DNA of 64,000 nucleotides, taken from contig CATNEN010000024.1 in assembly GCA_950097015.1 (NCBI GenBank), forward strand, positions 2,666,001 through 2,730,000, read 5' to 3'. Positions within the stretch are counted from its first letter, which is position 1. Each line of letters starts with the position of its first letter. Position numbers and translations under genes: made by a program. Under the pieces are notes generated by a model. It made no database searches. It was not told the origin of the DNA and was given only the letters and a program-made list of their open reading frames with translations. Shown here in pieces: positions 38,401-49,200 of the stretch. This DNA comes from Macrostomum hystrix (lineage: Eukaryota > Animalia > Platyhelminthes).

Positions 38401-39346
38401 CCTGACCCTCCAAGCCGTTGGCATCGGCGGCGCGCGCCACCAGAGCCTGCGCGTCGGCGCCAGCCCGTCGACTGGCCAGCAGCAGCCAGACAGCGCGTGG
38501 CACGTAGAAGAGCGCTGTCTGGAGGCCCAGGATGAAAGGCACCCACTGGTAGTACACTGAAGGGTGACAAAGGATTTATGGAAAACATAAACTTCAATAC
38601 ATATACTTAACATAAACTTATAAAAGTTTCAATACATATCGGCAGAGCTCATTTTTGGCAGCGGGCCTTTTCAGAACGAGTCCACTTACGCACTCAATTG
38701 ACCCCACCCTAGAAGTCTGCATTTTTACGTCAGTTGGGTTGGTCGAAGAGGGTAATCTGTTGCTATTTTTAGATTAAATATTGGCTGACGTCTGTTGCGT
38801 CCTTTGGTTGAGAATAGTTCAGTCCATGGACTGGGGGACGCCACACTCAATCTCCAATTACAATAGCTGATGCTGGCACCTATTTAACAGCTGGTTTATT
38901 TAAAGCAATGCAGAGTTAAGTGTTTTGCTAAAGGACACAAGTTGATCCAGTGGAGTCGAGAATCGAACCTCCGACCTTCAAGTCGACTTCGCGAATCAAA
39001 CCATTGCCTACAGACACGAAACGAACTCACAAATCCGTTGGCTGTCCAATTTCTGCCAGTATTCTTCGGTGTTGGTGAACTGTGAGTCCACTGGGATCGG
39101 GTATGTGCCCTGCACCCAGCACACGTTCTCCATGTAGTCTTCGAAGTTTGAGCCGGTCACCTTGGAGGGCATGAAGCAGGTGATGGGGTCGCCTAGCAGG
39201 TACTGCTTAGCGGCTATAACCATTGTGCACATCATCAAGATGCTGGTTGTGAATAGGAAATTCCACCGATCGGCGAAATCTTCAACGCCAGCCTGATGCC
39301 GGAGGTCCCAATTGTCGACGAAGTCAAGGAACTCCGAGCCAATCAT
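35458..39346 (-). CDS. Innexin (gap junction protein), 4 coding exons, 404 aa
   Basis: Exons 39346-39031, 38556-38337, 36946-36666 and 35855-35458; phases 1, 2, 1; 1215 nt. Motifs: EDFADR, KQYLLGDPITC, ENVCWVQGTY, YYQWVPF, FPRVAFC, QCALPVNMLNEKIYIFLWFW. Confidence 0.95.
35915..36310. repeat. 41-43-bp minisatellite, innexin intron 3
   Basis: Unit CTAGTCTATGGTCATGGAAATGAATTGCTACACCTGTTACT and variants. Confidence 0.9.
36350..36645 (-). mobile_element. tRNA-derived CORE-like SINE family A, near full length
   Basis: Reverse strand: GTGGTTAAAGCGTCGGACTC...GGTTCGATTCCTG head, then AACAAGACACTTAACTCTGCATCGCTTCAGTTCACCCAGCAG resembling the MIR/CORE domain, then the shared 3' body. Confidence 0.8.
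37115..38160. repeat. 29-bp minisatellite with alternating A/B units, innexin intron 2
   Basis: AATATCCTTCAGGTCCTTCAGCTTCCAAT alternates with AATATCCTTCAGGTCCATCAGCTTACCTA. Confidence 0.95.
38815..38990 (-). mobile_element. SINE family A, partial copy, innexin intron 1
   Basis: GCAATGCAGAGTTAAGTGTTTTGCTAAAGGACAC and GAATCGAACCTCCGACCTTCAAG match the other copies. Confidence 0.75.
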
Positions 39347-39404
39347 TTTGGCTGCCTATGGATTGCTCTGAAATTGTGGGAATTAAAGCAAAGCTGTAAA
39401 GGGG

Positions 39405-40365
39405 TTTACTGTCACTGTAAGGGCAGGGGGTAATGACCAACTGTCATTGTCACTGTAATGGCAGGGCATGGGGTAATGACCAACTGCCATTGTCACTGTA
39501 ATGGCAGGGCATGGGGTAATGACCAACTGTCATTGTCACTGTAATGGCAGGGCATGGGCTAATGACCAACTGCCATTGTCACTGTAATGGCAGGGCATGG
39601 GCTAATGACCAACTGCCATTGTCACTGTAATGGCAGGGCATGGGGTAATGACCAACTGCCATTGTCACTGTAATGGCAGGGCATGGGCTAATGACCAACT
39701 GCCATTGTCACTGTAATGGCAGGGCATGGGTTAATGACCAATTGCCATTTTCACTGTAATGGCAGGGCATAGGGTAATGACCAACTGCCATTGTCACTGT
39801 GTAATGGCAGGGCATGGGTTAATGACCAACTGCCATTGTCACTGTGTAATGGCAGGGCATGGGGTAATGACCAACTGCCATTGTCACTGTAATGGCAGGG
39901 CATGGGGTAATGACCAACTGCCATTGTCACTGTAATGGCAGGGCATGGGTTAATGACCAACTGCCATTGTCACTGTAATGGCAGGGCATGGGTTAATGAC
40001 CAATTGCCATTGTCACTGTAATGGCAGGGCATGGGGTAATGACCAACTGCCATTGTAACTGTAATGGCAGGGCATGGGTTAATGACCAACTGTCATTGTC
40101 ACTGTAATGGCAGGGCATGGGGTAATGACCAACTGCCATTGTCACTGTAATGGCAGGGCATGGGTTAATGACCAATTGCCATTGTCACTGTAATGGCAGG
40201 GCATGGGGTAATGACCAACTGCCATTGTAACTGTAATGGCAGGGCATGGGTTAATGACCAACTGTCATTGTCACTGTAATGGCAGGGCATAGGGTAATGA
40301 CCAACTGCCATTGTCACTGTAATGGCAGGGCATGGGGTAATGACCAACTGCCATTGTGTAATGGC
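39405..40365. repeat. 43-bp minisatellite in a putative innexin 5'-UTR intron
   Basis: Unit GTCACTGTAATGGCAGGGCATGGGGTAATGACCAACTGCCATT. Bracketed by a minus-strand donor (CAAG|GTGAGG at 40406) and acceptor (TTTCAG| at 39368). Confidence 0.93.
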
Positions 40366-40527
40366 AGGACATTGGGTAAAGATTTTACAATGTAATATAA
40401 CCTCACCTTGGCCTGCTGAAAAGGCTTCTTCTTTTAGTATAAAAAATTACTGACGCTTATAATTCAAGATCTATAGCTAAATGGGCGAAGGGCCTATAAC
40501 AGATTTCAACGTGAAAATACAGACAAA

Positions 40528-40549
40528 CAAAAATGGCCGCCGTCACGTG
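40528..40549. promoter_or_regulatory. Adjacent YY1-like and E-box motifs, candidate innexin promoter
   Basis: CAAAAATGGCCGCC is followed directly by GTCACGTG, about 130 bp upstream of the putative non-coding first-exon donor. Motif match only. Confidence 0.4.
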
Positions 40550-41419
40550 CTTATAATGATTCAGTTCAGTCGTGGGTATGTACGTGAGCGAATGTACACC
40601 TGTCGCTTCTCTCTCTCTACCTTCCTAAACCCTCCGATGGCCTCGGTCCTTAGGTAGGCCCTAGACGAGGCCCCCCTATGATTATTATGTAATCACAAAT
40701 GTACATCGAGGATTGGGTTAGGGCGTGTCCAAAGAGAGACCCACATAGACAGATTTTTATAGGGGCCTAAACAAGGGAGCTGTCGCAGAGTACAGCCAGT
40801 GAGTCACTCTGGGATATTTCTGGAATCTTGAGATTTTAAATGATTATTTTCAATACTGTACTTCTTCCGATTTCCTTTAAGCTAGCAGAGCACTAGTTTA
40901 AATGAGCATTTCATTCAATCAGTAATTAAACATTATTTTTACATAGTTTTTCCCGCCGTACCTACAGTTTTACTTTTAGTAGGCTGTATTGCAAGGTAGT
41001 GAACAGATCAGAAACTGATTTCTGACACGCCTATTAGCAACAAAAGTAAAGCTAAAGTTCTTGTGAACTGATGAGAAAAAATAATTTTATTTTAGTTTAA
41101 AAATGCGCTTGCGTCTAATTAAAACAAAGCTAGACAAAGCGAGAGCAAAAATTAAACGAATTTTAATCATTATTTTTGCTTGACTGTCAATCCTTTTTCT
41201 AATCAATGAGGTGACATACAAAAAACATAGTGACAGACCTGAGGTGAAAATTAATTAAAAAATTAAAGTAAGTCAGCAATTTGAAATCAACAAGGGCAGC
41301 CAAGACGGCAACTAGTGATTTTAAGTATAAATCAGTTCCTACACGCGACAGGCTGTAGTGCACTTGAATACAGCTAAATCTACAGCTTTTAGTTTTCTGC
41401 ACTTGACTTTATAAAAAAC

Positions 41420-43203
41420 AACTATACAGCTTCCCAAGATTATGTAGTAGACTACATGAAAAAAGCTATGTCTACAGCCTAGGATTCTGTAGTAGACTAC
41501 ATGAAAACAGCTATGTCTACAGCCTGGCATTCTGTAGTAGACTACATGAAAACAGCTATGTCTACAGCCTATGATTCTGTAGTAGACTACATGAAAACAG
41601 CTATGTCTACAGCCTAGGATTCTGTAGTAGACTACATGAAAACAGCTATGTCTACAGCCTGGGATTCTGTAGTAGACTACATGAAAACAGCTATGTCTAC
41701 AGCCTATGATTCTGTAGTAGACTACATGAAAACAGCTATATCAGCAGCCTAGGATTCTGTAGTAGACTACATGAAAACAGCTATATCAGCAGCCTAGGAT
41801 TCTGTAGTAGACTACATGAAAACAGCTATGTCTACAGCCTATGATTCTGTAGTAGACTACATGAAAACAGCTATGTCTACAGCCTATGATTCTGTAGTAG
41901 ACTACATGAAAACAGCTATATCAGCAGCCTAGGATTCTGTAGTAGACTACATGAAAACAGCTATATCAGCAGCCTAGGATTCTGTAGTAGACTACATGAA
42001 AACAGCTATGTCTACAGCCTATGATTCTGTAGTAGACTACATGAAAACAGCTATGTCTACAGCCTATGATTCTGTAGTAGACTACATGAAAACAGCTATG
42101 TCTACAGCCTGGGATTCTGTAGTAAACTACATGAAAACAGCTATGTCTACAGCCTATGATTCTGTAGTAGACTATATGAAAAACAGCTATGTCTACAGCC
42201 TTGGATTCTGTAGTAGACTACATGAAAACAGCTATGTCTACAGCCTTGGATTCTGTAGTAGACTACATGAAAACAGCTATGTCTACAGCCTGGGATTCTG
42301 TAGTAGACTACATGAAAACAGCTATGTCTACAGCCTATGATTCTGTAGTAGACTACATGAAAACAGCTATGTCTACAGCCTATGATTCTGTAGTAGACTA
42401 CATGAAAACAGCTATGTCTACAGCCTGGGATTCTGTAGTAAACTACATGAAAACAGCTATGTCTACAGCCTATGATTCTGTAGTAGACTACATGAAAACA
42501 GCTATGTCTACAGCCTTGGATTCTGTAGTAGACTACATGAAAACAGCTATGTCTACAGCCTTGGATTCTGTAGTAGACTACATGAAAACAGCTATGTCTA
42601 CAGCCTGGGATTCTGTAGTAGACTACATGAAAACAGCTATGTCTACAGCCTGGGATTCTGTAGTAGACTACCTAAAAAACAGCTATGTCTAGTAGACTAT
42701 ATGAAAAACAGCTATGTCTACAGCCTGAGATTCTGTAGTAGACTATATAGTAGACTACTAGACTATGAAAAAGGCAAATCTACAGCCTCCCAAGGTTCTG
42801 TAGTAGACTATATAGTAGACTACTAGACTATGAAAAAGGCAAATCTACAGCCTCCCAAGGTTCTGTAGTAGACTATATAGTAGACTACTAGACAATGAAA
42901 AAGGCAAATCTACAGCCTCCCAAGGTTCTGTAGTAGACTATATAGTAGACTACTAGACTATGAAAAAGGCAAATCTACAGCCTCCCAAGGTTCTGTAGTA
43001 GACTATATAGTAGACTACTAGACTATGAAAAAGGCAAATCTACAGCCTCCCAAGGTTCTGTAGTAGACTATATAGTAGACTACTAGACTATGAAAAAGGC
43101 AAATCTACAGCCTCCCAAGGTTCTGTAGTAGACTATATAGTAGACTACTAGACTATGAAAAAGGCAAATCTACAGCCTCCCAAGGTTCTGTAGTAGACTA
43201 TAT
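41420..43203. repeat. Compound satellite: 45-bp array, then 65-bp array
   Basis: 45-bp GATTCTGTAGTAGACTACATGAAAACAGCTATGTCTACAGCCTAT to about 42735, then a 65-bp derivative containing TATAGTAGACTACTAGACTATGAAAAAGGCAAATCTACAGCCTCCCAAGG. Confidence 0.95.
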
Positions 43204-43212
43204 AGCGAAACC

Positions 43213-46200
43213 TCAGAGCCGAACTTTGTAGTAGTCGTTGAGCTGTCCAATCAGAAGAGTCCGCTCGTCGTCCGGCAGGAAGCTGGCCCAGGCCGCATTG
43301 TAATTGGCTCGCACTAGTTCCCAGGGTGGCAATCCGATCTTGTCGATGCACAAACGATACTCGGCCGCGAGCCACTGGCCGGTGATGCTGGGATCGTCTG
43401 TGCTGATGGAGTAGCTGGCCTGGTCGCTGGCGAACTGCCGCACCGGATGATGCGACCAATCGGATTGCACCGCCTGGGTCAGGCGGCTGGACAGCGGGCA
43501 GACCTCCAGGTGAACTCGACGCTGAAGGATTCGCTGATAGAGCGCCGGATCGTCCAGGCAGTGATAGCCGTGGCCGATTCGCTCGGCGCCCAGCTGGTCC
43601 AGGGCTTCGGCGACTAGGCTGGGACCGGAGTTCTCGCCGGCGTGCACCGTCCGGTGTAGTCCGGCTGCCGAGGCAGCGCGAAAGAATTCAACAAGCCGCG
43701 TTGACGTCCCGCCGGCCAGCTCGTCGCTGCGATCGTCACCGGCCAGATCGACGCCGACCACACCGTGGCTGGAGTAGGATTTGGCGAGACTCAGCACCTC
43801 CGGGCTGGACTCTACGGAGCAGTATCGGCAGTAGTACATGATAGATAAGCCAGATGGCGCAGCCACCCAAAAGGCTATGTACTTATAATATATAATATAA
43901 ACTATATAATAATATATAATATAATATAAAAGTTATTGCAGGAAGGCTGCGGGCAATGACATACCATTTGGTGACACTGGACTCGCAGCCAGCGAGGAGG
44001 CAACTCTGCCCACTTTGCTGACTCCTGAGCACACTCCTGGCTCTCAAGGGCGTAAATTGAACGAAAAGCCTCCAAGCCTTCTCTCCGCGGCTGCGCCCCA
44101 AATGAATGTGGCCTCGCTGCGGAATCGAACTCAGGGATCTTGGTGCGAGAGGCGAACGCGTTAGACCGCTCTGCCGCTCACCCTCCTCCAACGCTTGTTG
44201 TAGCGTGGTTAGAGCGTCGGACTCACATCTTGAAGGTCGGTGTTTCTATTCCTGACTCCACTGGATTGATTTGTGTCCTTTAGCAAGACGCTTAACTCTG
44301 CATTGCTTCAGTTAACCCAGCTGTTAAATGTGTACCAGCATTAGCTGGGGTAATTTATGGTGGGGTGAGGCTTTCAGATGCGCCGCACACTAGCTGTGGC
44401 TGTGTTGTCGGCTGCACAATAGGCTGCACATCTGGGCCAATAGGAGCTCGACGTCTAAGTCCAAGAACTGGGAAGGCCGCCACACTCACTCAAACATCTT
44501 ACCCCTTGCTCATGCTGAGTACCCGTTTAACCACTGGTTAAACTGAGCAGTAGAGAATTTAGTGTCTTACTCACGAATTGATGCTTTCCTTAGGCTAAGA
44601 TTCGAACTCCCGACCTTTCAGACAGAAGCCCAAAGCTCAAATCACTGAGCTAATAACTAAGTAGAACTAAATAATCCCAATGGGACTTTAGGCTCCGACG
44701 CGTCATTTAATAAGTAGTTGAGCAGTGCTCTATCACCTGGATCGTTTCGCAGTGCGCAGAGAATGGCGCGCACCTTGACGCCAAAGCGAGCCTCCCCAGC
44801 CTGGAAGCCTTCCAGCACGGAACGCAGGACGCCCTCCGGCGAGAGTCGGTCGTCGGCGAACAGGTGCGGACAGAAGCGGCTCTCAACGTAGCAGATGTCG
44901 TTGTCGGCGCAGTCGGCTACAAAGTCGTGCGCCAACTGGGCCACGGCCTCGGCGTCGCCGGCGGCGAAGGCGACAAACTGGGGGAAATAGGCGAGAAAGT
45001 CGGACAACGGCGAGGGATGCTTGCGGCGAAGAAAGTCGGCGAATGCCTTGGGTGTAGCCGCAGGCGCTTGCAAACCGCGGCGATTGGCCACCTGAAATAA
45101 TGAGCTTAGGATAAATTATCTCCCTCACTTCAGCTGAGAGGAAGAGTAAATGGAGATTGTAGGGAGAGTGAAGGGAAAGTGAAGGGAGTGTAAAGGCAGA
45201 GTGAAGGCAGAGGGAAGGCAGAGTGAAGGCAGAGTGAAGGGAGAGTGAAGGGAGAGTGAAGGCAGAGTGAAGGGAGAGTGAAGGCAGAGTGAAGGCAGAG
45301 TGAAGGGAGAGTGAAGGCAGAGTGAAGGGAGAGTGAAGGCAGAGTGAAGGCAGAGTGAAGGGAGAGTGAAGGCAGAGTGAAGGCAGAGTGAAGGGAGAGT
45401 GAAGGCAGAGTGAAGGCAGAGTGAAGGGAGAGTGAAGGCAGAGTGAAGGGAGAGTGAAGGCAGAGTGAAGGGAGAGTGAAGGCAGAGTGAAGGGAGAGTG
45501 AAGGCAGAGTGAAGGCAGAGTGAAGGGAGAGTGAAGGCAGAGTGAAGGCAGAGTGAAGGCAGAGTGAAGGCAGAGTGAAGGGAGAGTGAAGGCAGAGTGA
45601 AGGGAGAGTGAAGGCAGAGTGAAGGGAGAGTGAAGGCAGAGTGAAGGCAGAGTGAAGGCAGAGTGAAGTCAGAGTGAAGGCAGAGTGAAGGGAGAGTGAA
45701 GGCAGAGTGAAGGCAGAGTGAAGGCAGAGTGAAGGGAGAGTGAAGGCAGAGTGAAGGCAGAGTGAAGTCAGAGTGAAGGCAGAGTGAAGGGAGAGTGAAG
45801 GCAGAGTGAAGGGAGAGTGAAGGCAGAGTGAAGGCAGAGTGAAGGCAGAGTGAAGGGAGAGTGAAGGCAGAGTGAAGGCAGAGTGAAGGCAGAGTGAAGG
45901 GAGAGTGAAGGCAGAGTGAAGGGAGAGTGAAGGCAGAGTGAAGGGAGAGTGAAGGCAGAGTGAAGGCAGAGTGAAGGCAGAGTGAAGGCAGAGTGAAGGC
46001 AGAGTGAAGGGAGAGTGAAGGGAGAGTGAAGGCAGAGTGAAGGCAGCTCGCACCGGCGGGACACAGTGTCTGTGAGGTATGAGTCAGTCCAGGCCCACGG
46101 GCTTTGGTCTGCGATGCCTCACACCTGCAGCCGTTTTTTGAGCAGGCCTGGCAGGAAGGAGACCTGTACCTTCGGGTGCAGGAATCCCTCCAACGCTGTC

Positions 46201-49200
46201 CCGTCAGCTGACCCATGGGTACACGTCCCGCGAGTGTTCAAGGCTGACCCTAGGGCAGCCGGACAGAATGGGCAACAGCGCTGGATGACCCATCCAGGGC
46301 CTCCGGCCAAACTGGGTACCTCTAGCCCCGGCTGGAGGGAAAGGTGTCACCCTTTGACCTTAACAGGGTATGTGGCTTGTCCGCAATTTTCGTGCACCTG
46401 TGCGTGATCAGGTACCTCTGGCTACGGCCCTGAGGGACAGGTGTCACCCTTTGACCTTAACAGGGTTTGCGGCCAGCCCGCAGGCCTCGGCGCCGGCTCA
46501 ATGGCACCCTCCAATGTCCCAGTGTTGACCGTGCTGATGGACGCTTGGCCAGGGAGTAGTCTGGTCTCTTACGGTTCCTCCCGGTGGTCCTGGCATCCCA
46601 CCCCGGGTTGTAACTTGTCTTTTTTGGCTGCCCCCGCTCAGTTTTGGGATCGCGGCTGAGCGGGTTATTCCTGCCTGTGTCTACAGGAAGCCCCTCTCTT
46701 CATTGCAGCTTTCAATGGCTTCTAGCCCTTCAACTGCTCCGGCCGAGGACACCATGGTGCCTGAGGCCATACACGCTGCGGCGCCCGGGCTAGCTGGCCC
46801 CGCGACCGCCACAAATGCCGCGCTGCCCAACTCGCGCGATGACCGGGGCGCTAAGCGCTCCACCACCTCTGGAGCGGCAAAACGCCGTAGGCGCATGCTG
46901 GCCCACGGCACGTCGGCTCCATTGACCAAGGACCAGGCCCAGGCCAGAGGGGCCGAAGGGGCTCTGCCTAGGGCGGGGGCTGGGGCGGGGGGCCTTGTGC
47001 CTCCTGCCCAGGCTCCTGCACGGGGCGGAGCCCACGACGCCCCGAGGCCAGGGTCGCGGGCCAAGGAGGGCCCGGCGCCCATCCGGACGGCTGCCCGGCC
47101 CGAAGGAGAAGCGGAGGCGGAGGGCCCTGTGCCCACCGCCGACGCAGATCCCGAGGGTGGGGACGCCACCGGACAGGGCCCGGGACCACAAGCTACCTAC
47201 GCCGCCATCGCACGTAGGCAACCTGCCGTCATCATCACCGGCAGAGACGGGAAAAGGCTGAGCAGCGAACAGCTCAGCGACATTTGCCGCAACATAGATG
47301 CTATGTTGTGGCAACTTCAACTGAAGGGCGAGCCCCTGGCGGTCGGCGCAAGCGCTACCAGGGAATCGTGCTTCGTCGTCTGGCCCGGCGATGCGGAATC
47401 GGGGCGGCGGCTCCTCGAGTTGCTGCCCACGCAGAGCTGGGCGGCTGGCCTCGAGTTCCTACGGGAGAACGAGCCACCAAAGACCAAGCGACACCGTATC
47501 TTCGTCCCGGCGAAAAGTGTCGTCACCAGCGCTGAGGACCTCCGCAGGGGCCTCATCGCGATGAACCGGGAGCTGCCGACAGCGGGCCTGATCGTGCACC
47601 GCACGATCCTGCGCCCCGACGGCACCGGTTTCACCGCCATTCTGGGCCTGTCCGAGCAATGGACACGCCGCTACCCAGATGGCGCCAACATTTGCATTGG
47701 TCTGTGGAAGACCAAAATCTTCGCCTTCGAGGCGGATAAAACCCGAGGTCAGACCGGGCCCACCACCGTACCGGCCAATGAAGGGTCCTCGGACCCCAAG
47801 GCTGGGACTGGGGGCAGGGCCCAGTCGTCCCGCCAAAAAAGGCCAGAGCGTGCCATCGCTGGCAGCTCTGAGCGTCGCCCCGCGCGTGTCACAAAGCGCC
47901 GGGGCCTTCTCCAGCGGGCCTCCGAGGTGGTGCGAACCGCCAAGATGGCCCAGCTGCGCGCTGAGATGCGCGGTGGCCCACCGGGGCAGGCGCCGCAACC
48001 AAGGGCTACGGGGGAGGCCTCAGAGGTGCCCAGCTCCATCGAGCAGGGCCCTTCGAGCGCCCCTCCCACGGCCCAGGGAGCGGTGTCGGCTCCAGTTGAG
48101 GGCGACTCTGGGCCTGGGCTCGGGGCCGGGGGCGGGGACTGGGCGGCTGACGCCGTCGAGTTCCCGTCTCCGGCTCGGGGCCTGGGCACGGAGGAGCCCA
48201 TGGCTACCGACATCGACCCGGAGGAGGAGGACCGCCTTCTGGCTGGGTCCCCCTCCAAGTAGACCTCTGCCTGCATGATGATCCCCGGAATATCATGTCT
48301 GCAAGTTAACACCCAGCACTGCGTGGCAGCATCAGTCAATCTGATGCGCACGACAGAGCGCATGATGCCGGGCCTTGTACTTGTGCAGGAGCCCTGGCTA
48401 TCAAAGAACAAGCCAAGCAACATTCCTGCTGGCTATGACTGCTTCTGCATGGCAGACTCTGTCCGCCCTAGATCACTGATCTATGCCGCAAAAGCCTTAA
48501 ATGCGTGGATGAGACCCGATCTCTCTAACGGGGACATCTGCGTCATCCAATCTGCACACATTGTGCCTAACAAGTTGACCCTCGTGGCATCCGCCTACCT
48601 GGCAGGCGACGCCCCCGTGGTTAGCGATACCCTCGTCGCCCTCTGTGAATTCGCCAGGGCACGAAACTTCGAGCTGCTCCTCGCGGGAGATGTAAACTCG
48701 CATCACACCCACTGGGGTAGCTCAAAAATCAATGACCGCGGCGAAGAGCTCCTGGCCTTCGTCAGCGGCACGCCTCTAAACTTCTGCAATGTGGGCAACA
48801 CGCCCACTTTCGACAATGGGCGGTGGGCTGAGGTGCTTGACGTCACCCTGGCCTCACCCGGCATCCTCCCAAGGGTGCTGGGGTGGGAGGTGTGGGAGAC
48901 CGAAAGCTCGCTCTCGGACCACCGTTTCATCCGTTTCAACATCGGCACCCCCGATAAGAAGCAAAAGCCTATTTGGAGGCGTAATGTCAGAAATACCGAC
49001 TGGCCCGCGTTCAGCCAAAAGCTGCATGAGGGCCTTCGGGATTCTGACCCCTCCATGGCCATGGAAACCACGCAGGACCTGGATGGAGTGGCTGCCCTGC
49101 TGGGCGGCGCCATCACAGAGGCCTACGAAATGGCTTGCCCGCTCAAAGCCTACAAAGGCAAAAAATCGGCCCCCTGGTGGAACCCCGAGCTCGGAGTCCT

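Noticed and set aside
44196-44275. tRNA-like sequences here and at 8130-8197, 36575-36645 and 61760-61826
   Set aside because: Acceptor and anticodon stems do not close, and each continues into a shared repeat body. They are SINE heads, not tRNA genes.
2863-46216. Many long ORFs with periodic translations (for example [59 protein letters not shown])
   Set aside because: They are stop-free readings of tandem DNA arrays, often open on both strands and lying within introns or intergenic DNA. Nothing supports coding function.
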